DNA of 64,000 bases from Candidatus Binatia bacterium (GCA_963666515.2 OY762897.2:192001-256000), one strand, 5' to 3'; shown: positions 35,943 through 47,934, numbered from the stretch's first letter. Numbers and translations are program-made. Notes: generated by a model from the letters alone, not told the origin.

Positions 35943-37028
35943 ATGAACGGCTTCATCGACGCGGATACCCACATCGTCGAATCGGCGGACATCTGGGAGT
36001 ACATGGACAAGGACATGTACGACCGCCGGCCGATCCTGTTGCAGGCGCCCACCGACACGGAGTACGCGAGTTCCAACGCCTTCTGGCTCATCGACGGGCA
36101 GATCTATCCCAAGTCCGTGGGCAAGGGCAGCGCCCGGCTCAGCACCCCGGCGGAGCAGGAGCGGCAGTGGACCCGCCAGGACATCGACCTGGCGGTGCGG
36201 CAACTGACCGATCCGCGCGCCCGGGTGGAGGCTCTGGACAAACGTGGCGCCGACGCCGAGGTGATCTACTCGACTCTCTGGGGCGTCCGTCTCACCGAGG
36301 ACGTGGACCTGGACGTGGCGCTGTGCCGCGCCTACAACCGCTGGATGGGCGATGTGTGGGCGCAGGGAGACAACCGCCTGCGCTGGACCGCGGTGTTCCC
36401 GCTGACCTCCATCGAGGAGTCCATCAGGCAGTTGCACTACGCCAAGGAGCACGGCGCCGTGGGCGTCAACATGCGCGGCATCGAGGGCGACCGCTCACTG
36501 GCCGAGCCCTACTTCTTCCCGCTCTACGAGGAGGCGGCCCGCCTGGACTTCCCCATCTGCATCCACATCGGCGCCGGCTCGCCGGCCATCTCCAGCGTGT
36601 TCGACGTGCGGGTCAGCCACACGCTGCCGCACCTGCGCATGCTGCCGCTGATCGCCTTCCGGGACCTCGTGGCCAACCGGATCCCGCAGCAGTTTCCCGG
36701 CCTGCGGTTCGGCTACGTCGAGGCCAGCGCCTCCTGGGTGCCGTACCTCCTGCACCAACTCCGGCGCACCAAGGCGAGCGGCTCCCCGCTGGGACCCGAG
36801 CTGTTCGAGGAGTGCCGCATGTGGGTGGTATGTGAGGTGGACGAAGACCTGCCCATGCTGCTCAACTACATCCACGAGGACCACATCATGATCGGCTCGG
36901 ACTACGGCCACCTCGACCAGTCCTTCGAGGACAACGTGGCCGCCAAGCTCCGCGCCCGCGACGACATCCCGGCGCGTGTGGTGGAGAAGATCCTCTACGA
37001 CAACCCGAAGGCCTTCTACGCGATGTAG
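35943..37028 (+). CDS. Amidohydrolase_2 family protein
   Basis: IDADTHIVE, YNRWM, IHIG, YVEAS, IGSDYGHLD. Confidence 0.88.
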   Translation: MNGFIDADTHIVESADIWEYMDKDMYDRRPILLQAPTDTEYASSNAFWLIDGQIYPKSVGKGSARLSTPAEQERQWTRQDIDLAVRQLTDPRARVEALDKRGADAEVIYSTLWGVRLTEDVDLDVALCRAYNRWMGDVWAQGDNRLRWTAVFPLTSIEESIRQLHYAKEHGAVGVNMRGIEGDRSLAEPYFFPLYEEAARLDFPICIHIGAGSPAISSVFDVRVSHTLPHLRMLPLIAFRDLVANRIPQQFPGLRFGYVEASASWVPYLLHQLRRTKASGSPLGPELFEECRMWVVCEVDEDLPMLLNYIHEDHIMIGSDYGHLDQSFEDNVAAKLRARDDIPARVVEKILYDNPKAFYAM

Positions 37029-37085
37029 TGGGCCGGTCGCGCCGGCCGGTCGAGAGCCGACGGGGGCCTGCCCGAAGGAACCGTG

Positions 37086-37112
37086 GTCGGGGCGACCGGC
37101 CGGTCCCCCTAC
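37086..37112 (-). repeat. GTAG-tagged REP-like palindrome overlapping a stop codon
   Basis: Minus strand GTAGGGGGACCGGCCGGTCGCCCCGAC. Confidence 0.65.
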
Positions 37113-38074
37113 GTGTCCAGCATCGTGGGATGGAACATGTCCTCGGGCCGGAACCGGTCCCGGGTGAGGCCCTGGCGCTGGGCGTACTCCAGCATCTTGT
37201 CGACTTCCGCCCGGGTGTCCCGGAACCCCCAGCGATAGGGGTCCTCGCCCGCGGCGGCGCGCTCCTCTTCCCACAGGGCACGGTACCAGAGGCCCGTCTG
37301 GTGCACGCGCTGCCATTCGAGCCACAGGTAGCAGCGCCGCTTGGATTCCTGCCAGGCGTCGAACAGGCTGCGGGCTACCCAGGGGTGGCGCTCCAGCACC
37401 GAGTCCCGGATCAGCAGCGTGTGCTGGATGGGGAAGAAGCCGGTCCGGCGGTAGTATTCGCGTTCGCGTTGGGGAAAGTCAGGGAACAGGAAATCCACGC
37501 GGGGGCGGTCGTCCGGGGCCAGGGTAGCGGTGGTGATCATGGCGTCGATTTCGCCGGCCAGCAGCATCTCCCGCAACCTGCCGTATCCGTCCACCACCTC
37601 CAGCTTGAGCCAGTCCGGCGCCGCCCACTCGTGGGGGTTCTCCGGCGGCCGTCCCGCCACCCAGTGGATGGACTTCAGGTCCACGCCGTGCTCCTCCGCC
37701 AGGATGCCCCGCGCCCATAATGCGGTGGTGGTGAACCAGCTCTGGATGCCTACCCGCTTGCCGTTGAGATCGGCGGGCTCCGTGACGCCGGCGCTCGTGT
37801 TGACGTAGATGTAGGAGTGCCGGAACATCCGTTTGACGAATATGGGGATGGCGGTGAAGCCCAGGGTCCTGAAGGGCAGGTCCACGATGTAGCGCCCGGT
37901 GAAGAACTCGGCCACGTCGAAACGGCCCCCGTGGCCGCCGAAGTGGCGGCTCACGTCGTCGGCGTCCACATGCACTCGGAGGTCGATGCCCTCCGGCTTG
38001 ACTGTCCCGTCGATGAGCGCCCGGGCGCGGTCGTAGGGAGCGCAGATCATGCTCAGTTCGATGGACATGTTCAT
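37109..38074 (-). CDS. 4,5-dihydroxyphthalate decarboxylase-like PBP2-fold protein
   Basis: YDRARALIDG.VKPEGIDL, FDVAE, IPIFVKRMFRHS, TTALWARGIL, YYRRTGFFPIQH. Confidence 0.8.
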   Translation of the reverse strand: MNMSIELSMICAPYDRARALIDGTVKPEGIDLRVHVDADDVSRHFGGHGGRFDVAEFFTGRYIVDLPFRTLGFTAIPIFVKRMFRHSYIYVNTSAGVTEPADLNGKRVGIQSWFTTTALWARGILAEEHGVDLKSIHWVAGRPPENPHEWAAPDWLKLEVVDGYGRLREMLLAGEIDAMITTATLAPDDRPRVDFLFPDFPQREREYYRRTGFFPIQHTLLIRDSVLERHPWVARSLFDAWQESKRRCYLWLEWQRVHQTGLWYRALWEEERAAAGEDPYRWGFRDTRAEVDKMLEYAQRQGLTRDRFRPEDMFHPTMLDT

Positions 38075-38208
38075 GCGACACCTTGAGGTCGGGCTGCGCC
38101 GCCGGTTGATTCCACCGGAGCGTTGCTCCACAATTTCCCGACGTGTGCACGCCTCCGGCGACAACGGATCGGGGATTCGCGCGGCGCGCGGAAACGGAGG
38201 ATTCGAGT

Positions 38209-38586
38209 ATGGGGGACGATACTCTGAGGATCAAGGCCACCGGCGTCGACCACGTGGTGGTGCACGTGGAGGACGTGTCGCGGGCCAGGCAGTTCTATGT
38301 GGACCTCCTCGGCATGGAGGTGGCCCACGAACACGACGGCCGGGTCTTCCTCCGATGCGGACAGCAGCAAGTGGGGCTGTTCGAAGGCCGGCAGCCGGCC
38401 ACCGGATCCGCCGGGCGTGATCTCAACCATATCGCGCTTCAGGTGGAGTCGGGCAGCTACGAGGAGGTGAAGGCCGCTCTCGAGGCGGCGGGGATCGCCG
38501 TGAGCGGACGTAAGGGAGATCCCCGCTGCATCTACTTTCGGGATCCGGACGGTCATCTGCTTCAGGTCCTTGCGCCGCGGACATGA
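38209..38586 (+). CDS. VOC family protein
   Basis: DHVVVHV..FYVDLLG, NHIALQV, IYFRDPDGHLLQ. Confidence 0.88.
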   Translation: MGDDTLRIKATGVDHVVVHVEDVSRARQFYVDLLGMEVAHEHDGRVFLRCGQQQVGLFEGRQPATGSAGRDLNHIALQVESGSYEEVKAALEAAGIAVSGRKGDPRCIYFRDPDGHLLQVLAPRT

Positions 38587-38616
38587 TCCGCCGGTGCCGG
38601 CAGGAAGAGAGCATAT

Positions 38617-39615
38617 GTGATGCGATACAGGATGCTCGGCAGGACAGGACTCCGGGTCTCCGAAATCGGCTTCGGCTGCGGCAACGTCGGCGGCCTGATG
38701 ACCCGGGACGGCCATGACGAGCAACTCGGCGCAGTGCGGCACGCCCTCTCCCTCGGCATCAACTATTTCGACACGGCCAGGGCCTACGGCGAGGGCAGGT
38801 CCGAGACCAACCTCGGCCGCGTGCTGGACGAGGTCGGCGCGGAGGTGGTCCTGTCCACCAAGGTCCGCCTCGAAGCCGATGCGCTCCCGGACATCGGCGC
38901 GGCCGCCGTCTCCCACGCGGAGCAGGGGCTCGCGCGTCTGGGACGCGAGTCGGTGGACCTGATGCAACTCCACACCCGGCTGGTCGACCGGCGGGAGTCC
39001 GGGCGCTTCGGCATGACGTCGCACGAGGTGCTGGGCCCCGGGGGCGTCATCGAGGGGTTCAAACGGCTGCGCGACCAGGGCCGTGTGAAGTTCTTCGGGT
39101 TTACCGGACTGGGAGACGTGGAGGCCATCGAGGCGCTGGTGGACAGCGGCGAGTTCGATTCCTTCCAGGCCTACTACAACCTGCTGAACCCCAGCGCCGG
39201 GCAGGCCGTGCCCGCGGGCTTCAGCGCCCTGGACTACGGGCGTGTCATCGACCGGGCCGCCGCCTGCGGCATGGGAGTGGTGGTGATCCGGGTGCTGGCC
39301 GCCGGCGTGCTCAGCCAGACGCCGAAATCGGGCGGCGGCACCAGCCGCGAGCCGCTTTCCGCGGGCTCCGACTACGAGCGCGACGTCGCCCGCGCGCACA
39401 AGCTGGGCTTCCTGAAGGACCACGGGCTCGAATCCCTGCCCCGGGCGGCCATCCGCTTCGCCTTGATGAAGCCCGAGGTGAGCACGGTGCTGGTGGGGTT
39501 CTCCAACAACGCCCAGATCGACGAGGCCACCGCCTGCTCCGGCGCCGGCCCCCTGCCGGATGCGGCCATGGCCGCGCTGCGAGACATCTGGGACAGGGAC
39601 TTCGGCGGCTCGTAG
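38617..39615 (+). CDS. Aldo/keto reductase
   Basis: LGRTGLRVSEIGFG, FDTARAYG..SE, LSTK, DLMQLH. Confidence 0.92.
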   Translation: MMRYRMLGRTGLRVSEIGFGCGNVGGLMTRDGHDEQLGAVRHALSLGINYFDTARAYGEGRSETNLGRVLDEVGAEVVLSTKVRLEADALPDIGAAAVSHAEQGLARLGRESVDLMQLHTRLVDRRESGRFGMTSHEVLGPGGVIEGFKRLRDQGRVKFFGFTGLGDVEAIEALVDSGEFDSFQAYYNLLNPSAGQAVPAGFSALDYGRVIDRAAACGMGVVVIRVLAAGVLSQTPKSGGGTSREPLSAGSDYERDVARAHKLGFLKDHGLESLPRAAIRFALMKPEVSTVLVGFSNNAQIDEATACSGAGPLPDAAMAALRDIWDRDFGGS

Positions 39616-39657
39616 CGCGGTTTGCGGGTTCAAACCCGCCCGCGCATGACTGCCCGC

Positions 39658-39978
39658 TCAGCGGCCCTGGGCGATTTGCTGCACGTGTTCCCGCACCACC
39701 TCTTTGGGGCACAGCGCGATGAATCCTTTGGCTCCCAGGAACAGCAGCAGCAGATCATCCATGTGCCCCAGGGCCGGCAACAGGTCGGGCACGAAATCCG
39801 CGGGAAGGACTAAGTAGGCGAACACGCTCAGCGCCAGCGCCTTGGCCTTGAAGCCGACCCGCGGGTCCTTGAACAGGCGCCAGAACAGCCGGCCGAAGCT
39901 GGGCAGGTGCTGCACCAGCCCCAGCAGCCGTCGGGGCCCCAGGCGCAACAGGTAGATGAGGGAACCGAACCGGATCAT
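39658..39978 (-). CDS. DUF1232/YkvA family membrane protein
   Basis: DPRV..KAK, YLVLPADFVPD..LGHMDD. Confidence 0.85.
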   Translation of the reverse strand: MIRFGSLIYLLRLGPRRLLGLVQHLPSFGRLFWRLFKDPRVGFKAKALALSVFAYLVLPADFVPDLLPALGHMDDLLLLFLGAKGFIALCPKEVVREHVQQIAQGR

Positions 39979-40943
39979 GGGGTTTCGGAACGACCTGCGG
40001 TGTTTCCCGCCGCCGGCCCGCGCCGGAAGAGGGTGCCGCGGTCGCCTGCCAGCAGTGCGGTCCCGTCTTTCATGGCCACCGCGGTAAGCCTGTCCGGCGT
40101 GCCCAGCCGGGATCGTTGCCACCGCGCGCCGTTCCAGCCCAAAACAGCCCCGGCCTCTCCCACGGCCCAGCACTCGGCGCGGGAGGCGCAGGCCACGGCT
40201 CTCAGGCGGAAAAGAGACGCCGGCACGTCAACCTGCTTCCAGGCGGCCCCGTCATACCTGAACAGGGCGCCGTGGTCGCCCACGGCCCAGCCCCAGTCGT
40301 CGCCGATGAGGGCCAGGTCGTACATGCGCGGCACGTCTTTCATGTCGGCTTTCTTCCATGCCTTGCCGTCCCAGCGGGCGAAGAAGCCGTCTCCCACCAT
40401 CCAGCCGGAGTCCCGGGACGAGAACTGTATGGCGTGGATGCGCTCGTCGTCCACCGGGCTCCTCGCGTTGCGCCATTTCCTGCCGTCCCACTCGATGAGC
40501 CGTCCGTCACGGGTGCCGGCGAAGCAGCGGTCTGGCGCCGCGCAGCCGGCGCCCCACAACCGTCCCTGCGACGGCTTGTGCAGGGCCAGCGGATTGTCCA
40601 CACGGGTCCAGTCCTTGCCGTCGTAGTGCAGCGACAGGGCGTCGTCGCCGAACACCCAGACGTCGTCGTCTGCGTTCACCACGAACTTCCTCGGGCTCAC
40701 TTTGGCCGGGTGGTCCACGGGCGAGAGCCGCTCGCCGTCCCAGCGGAGCAGGCGCCCGTCACCGGTACCCAGCCAAGCCTTGTTGCGGTCGAGGAGGGCG
40801 ATGGCGTTGATGCCCGGGGGCTGTTTTTTCTTGGCGGCGGGAGCGTTCCAGGGAACTTCTTCCCAAGCGGCGCCCCATGCGACGGTGGTGAGACACGCGG
40901 CGAGCAGCAGCGCGGCGCCGTATGTCGATGGGGTCTTTGGCAT
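39975..40943 (-). CDS. Secreted beta-propeller protein with about seven W-x-x-G..[WY]DG..W blades
   Basis: Signal peptide; repeats such as WLGTGDGRLLRWDG, WAVGDHGALFRYDG, WAVGEAGAVLGWNG. Confidence 0.75.
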   Translation of the reverse strand: MPKTPSTYGAALLLAACLTTVAWGAAWEEVPWNAPAAKKKQPPGINAIALLDRNKAWLGTGDGRLLRWDGERLSPVDHPAKVSPRKFVVNADDDVWVFGDDALSLHYDGKDWTRVDNPLALHKPSQGRLWGAGCAAPDRCFAGTRDGRLIEWDGRKWRNARSPVDDERIHAIQFSSRDSGWMVGDGFFARWDGKAWKKADMKDVPRMYDLALIGDDWGWAVGDHGALFRYDGAAWKQVDVPASLFRLRAVACASRAECWAVGEAGAVLGWNGARWQRSRLGTPDRLTAVAMKDGTALLAGDRGTLFRRGPAAGNTAGRSETP

Positions 40944-40947
40944 GCCT

Positions 40948-41598
40948 TCAGCCGGAGCCGGCGCCCCAGATCTCGACGAGGTCCCGTGAGTCCACCACAT
41001 CCGCGAAACGCTCCATGCGCTTCAGCGCTTCGTGGTGTGCGCCCTCCCGGTTGGTGCCCACGCAGTCCCGGACCACCACCATGGAGTAGCCCCGGTAGTA
41101 GCCGTCCCGGACGCTGCCCTCGACGCCCGCGTCCGTGCGGCAACCGACGACCACCACGGTGTCCCGGTTCCAGTTGCCCAGCAACTGCTCGAACTCGGTT
41201 CCGAGGAAGATGGTGGGACGGTGCTTCTCGATGAGGACGTCGTCGTCCGCGGGCTGGAAGGGCTCGATGAGCTGCCAGCCGAAGCTGCCGCGGGTGCGGC
41301 GCGGACCGAGCCGGCTCGGATGGTCCACGCCCTGGTCTTTCATGGCGCGCCGGATCATGGCCGGCGCCTCGTCGCGCCAGGGATAGGGGGTGGCGAATGC
41401 GTAGACCACCCGCACCCCGGCGCCCTTGGCCGCGGCGATGAGGGGCGGCGTCGCGCGCAGGAACTCGTCCTTGTTGAACGAGCTGCCGGCCTGGTCGTTC
41501 TGCATGTCCCACACCAACAGCACCGTCCTCCGGGGATCGGCGACCTCGGCGAGGGTCATGGGGATGTTTCTGCCTTCGAACTCGATCATGGGCTTCAT
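40948..41598 (-). CDS. Isochorismatase family hydrolase (YecD-like, Gly at the catalytic Cys site)
   Basis: [28 protein letters not shown]. Confidence 0.85.
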   Translation of the reverse strand: MKPMIEFEGRNIPMTLAEVADPRRTVLLVWDMQNDQAGSSFNKDEFLRATPPLIAAAKGAGVRVVYAFATPYPWRDEAPAMIRRAMKDQGVDHPSRLGPRRTRGSFGWQLIEPFQPADDDVLIEKHRPTIFLGTEFEQLLGNWNRDTVVVVGCRTDAGVEGSVRDGYYRGYSMVVVRDCVGTNREGAHHEALKRMERFADVVDSRDLVEIWGAGSG

Positions 41599-41618
41599 GG
41601 ACGGCGGGATCGTCGCAG

Positions 41619-41696
41619 AGGATAACCACGGGCGGAATCGGTGTCAACAACGCTCCACGGGCCGTTTTTGACAACTCTCGGGGTTCGCGCTACTTG
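41619..41696. promoter_or_regulatory. Back-to-back divergent sigma70 promoters
   Basis: Minus strand TTGACA(41647-41642)-N17-TATCCT; plus strand TTGACA(41668-41673)-N17-TACTTG (weaker). Confidence 0.55.
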
Positions 41697-41729
41697 TACG
41701 TTTCGACTTATCCGTCTTGGGGGAGGGCG

Positions 41730-43340
<1,611 letters not shown>

Positions 43341-43356
43341 TCGGCGGTTTTCGGCA

Positions 43357-44250
43357 ATGTCAACGCAAGGACTGACGGACGTGCTGTCGCGGTTCCGCGA
43401 CGGCGCCTTCGAGATCGACGGGTGCAAGGTCCACTACCTGGAGTACGGCGACCCCAGCCAGGAGACCTGCGTCTTCATCCACGGCAACCGCGACCACTGC
43501 CACAGTTGGGACCTGCTGCTGGAGTCCTTCGACAAGGCGGGTTTCACCCTGCCCCACGTGGTGTCCCTCGACCTCCGCGGCCACGGCGACAGCGGCTGGG
43601 TGGGCCCGGAGCGGGGTTACCGGCACGAGGATTTCGTCCTGGACGTGGTGGGGCTGCTGCGGCACCTGCAGAAGGACGCCGTGACCGTGGTGGCCCATTC
43701 CCTGGGCGGCAGCATGGCGGTGGTGTTCGCCGGCGCACTGCCGGAGAAGGTCAAGCGGCTGGCCATCATCGAGGCCGCCGGCCCCTACGGGCGCACCGAG
43801 CAGGAGACCCCGGAGCTGTTCGGGCGCTGGACCAAGGACGACGGTTCCGACACGATCCTGACCTACTACGCCACCGTCGCTCAGGCCGCCGACGCCATCG
43901 TGAGGCGTTTCCCGCTCGTTCCCAATCGCGCGGCCATGCACATGGCGCGCCACGGAACCCGGCTGACGCCCCACGGACTGGTGTGGAAGTACGACCCGCG
44001 GGCCCGGAACCCGTCGTATTCGTCGTTCTCCGAAACCCAGGTCAAGGCCTTCATCGAACGCATCGACTGCCCGACGCTGCTCGTTTTCGGGTCGGACTCG
44101 GGCTACAAGGAATCGCCCCGCTACGGCCGGGTCGAGCACTTCAGGAACAGGACGCTGGTGGAGATTCCCGGCACCGGGCACCACGTGCAGCAGGAAAAGC
44201 CCGACGAGCTGGCCGCGGTGTTGATCCCGTTCCTGAGCAACCATAGCTGA
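43357..44250 (+). CDS. Alpha/beta hydrolase
   Basis: IHG, DLRGHG, AHSLGG nucleophile elbow, GHHVQ. Confidence 0.9.
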   Translation: MSTQGLTDVLSRFRDGAFEIDGCKVHYLEYGDPSQETCVFIHGNRDHCHSWDLLLESFDKAGFTLPHVVSLDLRGHGDSGWVGPERGYRHEDFVLDVVGLLRHLQKDAVTVVAHSLGGSMAVVFAGALPEKVKRLAIIEAAGPYGRTEQETPELFGRWTKDDGSDTILTYYATVAQAADAIVRRFPLVPNRAAMHMARHGTRLTPHGLVWKYDPRARNPSYSSFSETQVKAFIERIDCPTLLVFGSDSGYKESPRYGRVEHFRNRTLVEIPGTGHHVQQEKPDELAAVLIPFLSNHS

Positions 44251-44275
44251 CCGCCGCAAGTCCGTTGTTGGGACC

Positions 44276-44303
44276 CGTCATTCCGGCGAAAGCCGGAATC
44301 CAG
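44276..44303 (+). repeat. CGTC-tagged REP-like palindrome
   Basis: CGTCATTCCGGCGAAAGCCGGAATCCAG. Confidence 0.85.
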
Positions 44304-44348
44304 AAGGAGCGGGGCGGCCTCGGCGCATACCCTCAAGGAGGAACGTAC

Positions 44349-45506
44349 ATGGATTTCGCACTACCCGAAGAACTGCAGATTCTGCAGGACACCGTCCGCA
44401 AGTTCGTCGACCAGGAGCTCATCCCGGTGGAGATGGAGTGCCGGGACGGCGTGACGCTCAAGCCCGAGTACCGCGAGCGGTTCGAGGCCAAGACCCGGGA
44501 GATGGGGTTGTGGATGCTCGACGTGCCGGAGGAGTTCGGCGGCGCCGGCCTGAGCCTGCTGGCCCAGGTTCTCATCTGGGCCGAGGTGGCCCGCTCCGTG
44601 GCCATCCCCTCCCGCGGCCGCAGCATCTTCGGCCCTGAGGTGCGGCCGGTGCTCTACGCCATGAACGAGGAGCAGAAGGACCGCTACCTGTACCCGTTGC
44701 TCAAGGACGAGAAGCGCGCCTGCTTCGCCCAGACCGAGCCCGACGCCGGCTCCGACCCGGGCTCCATGCGCACCCGCGCCGTGCGCGACGGCGACGAGTA
44801 CGTGATCAACGGCGTCAAGCGCTTCATCACCGAGGCCGACGAGGCCGACTTCGCCCAGGTGATGGTGGCCACCGATCCCGAGAAGGGCTCCCACGGCGGC
44901 ATCTCCTGCATCCTGGTGGACATGGACAACCCGGGCGTGAAGATCACCGCCAAGTACAAGACCATGATGGGCTACGAGCCGTGCGAGATCGTGTTCGACA
45001 ACTGCCGGGTGCCGGCGGCCAACATGATCGGCGAGGAAGGCGAGGGCTTCAAGCTGGGACAGAAGTGGCTCGGCATCGGCCGGCTCAAGCACGGCGGGCG
45101 CGCCATCGGCGTGGCCCGGCGCGCCATAGAGATGGGCGCGACGTACGCCAAGCAGCGGGTCACCTTCGGCAAGCCTCTGGCCGAGCGCCAGGCCATCCAG
45201 TTCAAGCTGGCGGACTCCTGGACCGAGCTTCACGCCGCCACGCTCATGGTCTACCACGCGGCGTGGAAGTACGACCAGGGCGAAGACATGCGCAACGAGG
45301 GCTACATGGTCAAGGTGTTCGCCGACGAGATGTCCTTCCGGGTGGTGGACCGCGTGCTGCAGATCCATGGTGGCGTCGGCCTCACCACCGATCTGCCCAT
45401 CGAGCTGTGGTTCCGCGACCAGCGCAGCCGGCTCATCACCGAGGGCGCCTCCGAGGTCATGCGCATGGTCATCGCGCGCCACGTGCTACGCGAGTTCGGC
45501 AACTAG
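44349..45506 (+). CDS. Acyl-CoA dehydrogenase
   Basis: FAQTEPDAGSD, NGVKRFIT, QRVTFGK, QIHGG.G, ITEGASE. Confidence 0.93.
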   Translation: MDFALPEELQILQDTVRKFVDQELIPVEMECRDGVTLKPEYRERFEAKTREMGLWMLDVPEEFGGAGLSLLAQVLIWAEVARSVAIPSRGRSIFGPEVRPVLYAMNEEQKDRYLYPLLKDEKRACFAQTEPDAGSDPGSMRTRAVRDGDEYVINGVKRFITEADEADFAQVMVATDPEKGSHGGISCILVDMDNPGVKITAKYKTMMGYEPCEIVFDNCRVPAANMIGEEGEGFKLGQKWLGIGRLKHGGRAIGVARRAIEMGATYAKQRVTFGKPLAERQAIQFKLADSWTELHAATLMVYHAAWKYDQGEDMRNEGYMVKVFADEMSFRVVDRVLQIHGGVGLTTDLPIELWFRDQRSRLITEGASEVMRMVIARHVLREFGN

Positions 45507-45584
45507 GAAGGCTCCACGGGTGTCCAGAGATTTGGAGATGCACGGGCTTCATGCTATAAAATGCGCATTCAGTCGAGGTTTGCG

Positions 45585-45788
45585 ATGAAAGCCGAAATTC
45601 ACCCCGAATACCAGCTCGTGAACGTGGTGTGCGCCTGCGGCCACTCCTTCGAGGTGCGCTCCACCGCCAAGTCCATCCATACCGAGATCTGCGCCAACTG
45701 CCATCCGTTCTACACCGGCAAGCAGAAGCTCCTCGACACCGCCGGACGGGTCGAGAAGTTCAAGAGGAGATACGGTATCAAGGACTGA
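45585..45788 (+). CDS. rpmE: 50S ribosomal protein L31 (zinc-binding type)
   Basis: [28 protein letters not shown]. Confidence 0.97.
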   Translation: MKAEIHPEYQLVNVVCACGHSFEVRSTAKSIHTEICANCHPFYTGKQKLLDTAGRVEKFKRRYGIKD

Positions 45789-45813
45789 GGGAAGTTCCTG
45801 ACCGGCTCTTTCG

Positions 45814-45860
45814 GCAAAGGGGCAAAGGGTGGCGCGAATTCCCTTTGCCCCTTTGCTTTT
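45814..45860 (+). terminator. Intrinsic terminator between rpmE and prfA
   Basis: 16-bp perfect stem GCAAAGGGGCAAAGGG/CCCTTTGCCCCTTTGC followed by TTTT. Confidence 0.7.
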
Positions 45861-45882
45861 GTGCAGGAATCAGACCGTGAGC

Positions 45883-46947
45883 ATGATCGAGAAAATGGCC
45901 GAGGTGGAGAGCCGCTACGACGAGCTGGAGGGCCTGCTCGCCGACCCCGGACTGCTGGAGGACCGCAAGGAGTACTCCCGGGTCGCCAAGGAGCGGGCGG
46001 ACCTCGCCGAGATGGTCGCGTGCTACCGCGAGTGGCGCAAGCTCGACCAGGAGGTCCGGGACAACCGCGAGCTGCTGGACGACGGCGACCCCGAACTCCA
46101 GGAGCTGGCGGTCGAGGAGTTGGAGACCCTGAAGGAGAGGCAGGAGAAGCTGGAGCAGCAGCTCAGGGTCCTGTTGCTGCCCAAGGACCCCAACGACGGC
46201 AAGAACGTGCTGCTGGAGATCCGCGCCGGCACGGGCGGAGAGGAGGCGTCGCTCTTCAGCGCGGACCTCTTCCGCATGTACGGCCGGTACGCGGAGGACA
46301 AGGGCTGGAAGGTGGAGGTGCTCAACTCCAACCCCACCGGCCTGGGCGGATTCAAGGAGATCATCGCCCTCATCGAGGGGCAGGGGGCCTACAGCCAGCT
46401 CAAGTTCGAGGGCGGCGTGCATCGTGTCCAACGGGTTCCGGTGACCGAGACCTCGGGCCGCATCCACACCTCCGCGGTGACCGTGGCGGTGCTGCCGGAG
46501 GCCGACGACGTGGACGTGGACATCGATCCCAGGGAACTGCGCATCGACGTCTTCCGCTCGTCGGGTCCAGGGGGGCAGAGCGTGAACACCACCGACTCCG
46601 CGGTGCGCATCACCCACGTGCCGACCGGGATCGTGGTCTCGTGCCAGGACGAGAAATCGCAGCACAAGAACAAGTCCAAGGCTCTCAAGATCCTGCGCGC
46701 TCGCCTGCTGGAGAAGACCCAGGAGGCGCAGCGCTCGGAGATCGCGGCCTCGCGCAAGCTCATGGTGGGCAGCGGCGACCGCAGCGAGCGCATCCGCACC
46801 TACAACTTCCCCCAGGGGCGCGTGACCGACCACCGCATCAACCTGACCCTGTACAAGCTTGACCAGGTTATGGACGGCGGCGTCAAGGACCTCATCGACG
46901 GCCTGATCACGTACCACCAGGCGGAGGCCCTCCAGGCCACGGGCTGA
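45883..46947 (+). CDS. prfA: Peptide chain release factor 1
   Basis: [17 protein letters not shown] (PxT), GGQ, RTYNFPQ. Confidence 0.97.
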   Translation: MIEKMAEVESRYDELEGLLADPGLLEDRKEYSRVAKERADLAEMVACYREWRKLDQEVRDNRELLDDGDPELQELAVEELETLKERQEKLEQQLRVLLLPKDPNDGKNVLLEIRAGTGGEEASLFSADLFRMYGRYAEDKGWKVEVLNSNPTGLGGFKEIIALIEGQGAYSQLKFEGGVHRVQRVPVTETSGRIHTSAVTVAVLPEADDVDVDIDPRELRIDVFRSSGPGGQSVNTTDSAVRITHVPTGIVVSCQDEKSQHKNKSKALKILRARLLEKTQEAQRSEIAASRKLMVGSGDRSERIRTYNFPQGRVTDHRINLTLYKLDQVMDGGVKDLIDGLITYHQAEALQATG

Positions 46948-46951
46948 TCCT

Positions 46952-47911
46952 GTGGACGCGCAGGCGACAGGCAACCTTGCGGACGTGCTGCGGCGCGCTG
47001 CGGCCCGGCTCCGGGACGCGGGCATGGGGACGCCCAGGCTCGATGCCGAGGTGTTGTTGATGAACGTCCTCGGGTGGTCGAGGGAGGATCTCTACCGGAA
47101 CCCCGATGGCGCGTTGCAGGAGGGTCAGACCCAACGGTTCGAGAGCCTGGTCTCCCGGCGGATGCGGGCCGAGCCCGTGGCCTACATGACCGGAGCGCAG
47201 GAGTTCTGGTCCCTGGACTTCCGGGTGACGCCCGACGTGCTCATCCCGCGGCCCGAGACCGAGCACTTGGTGGAGACGGTACTGGATTTTCTGGCCACGC
47301 GCCCGGGGCCGTGCCGGATCCTGGAGATCGGCACCGGTAGCGGCGCAATCGCAGTCTGTCTGGCCAGGGAATGCGCGGAGTCGGAGATATGGGCCACCGA
47401 TGTCTCCGCGCCGGCGTTGGACGTCGCCCGGGACAACGCCGCTCGGCACGGCGTCGCGGGGAAGATCCGGTGGCTGCGAGGCGACCTGTTCGCTCCCGTG
47501 CGAGAGTTGACCGGCTGGTTCGACGTCGTGGTGTCGAATCCGCCTTACGTCCCCAGCGGCGAGATCCCGCGCCTGCCCCGTGACGTGCGGGATTGGGAAC
47601 CGGCCCTGGCGCTGGACGGCGGCGTCGACGGCATGGACTTCCACCGGAAGCTCGCCCGTGAAGGAGTCCGCCATCTACGGGAAGGGGGAATGCTGGCGGT
47701 GGAGGTCGGAGCGGAGCAGGGTTGCGACGTATCGCGGTTCCTGGCCCAGGCCGGGCTCCGGCGGGTCCGGGTGGGCCGGGACTACGCCGGGCTGCCGCGG
47801 GTGGTAGCCGCGGAGCGTCCTTCGACTTCGCTTCGCTTGCGCTCCGCTACGCTCGGGACGAACGGCGATACGGAGTCCGTAACCGTTCATGCTGAGCGTG
47901 GCTCCGCGTAA
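46952..47911 (+). CDS. prmC: Release factor glutamine methyltransferase with repeat-derived C-terminal extension
   Basis: IPRPETE, EIGTGSG, SNPPY, EP..ALDGG, DYAG..RVV. Confidence 0.93.
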   Translation: MDAQATGNLADVLRRAAARLRDAGMGTPRLDAEVLLMNVLGWSREDLYRNPDGALQEGQTQRFESLVSRRMRAEPVAYMTGAQEFWSLDFRVTPDVLIPRPETEHLVETVLDFLATRPGPCRILEIGTGSGAIAVCLARECAESEIWATDVSAPALDVARDNAARHGVAGKIRWLRGDLFAPVRELTGWFDVVVSNPPYVPSGEIPRLPRDVRDWEPALALDGGVDGMDFHRKLAREGVRHLREGGMLAVEVGAEQGCDVSRFLAQAGLRRVRVGRDYAGLPRVVAAERPSTSLRLRSATLGTNGDTESVTVHAERGSA

Positions 47912-47929
47912 GCGGAGCGGAGGGGTCGA
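47817..47929. repeat. Inverted pair of CCGTTC..TGAGCGT..GTCGA REP-like elements
   Basis: 47817-47865 (minus) and 47883-47929 (plus) match the copy at 50505. Confidence 0.75.
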
Positions 47930-47934
47930 CGGTA

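Noticed and set aside
40948-41598. Inactive pseudo-enzyme because the catalytic Cys is Gly
   Set aside because: The same substitution is known in YecD-like isochorismatase family members.
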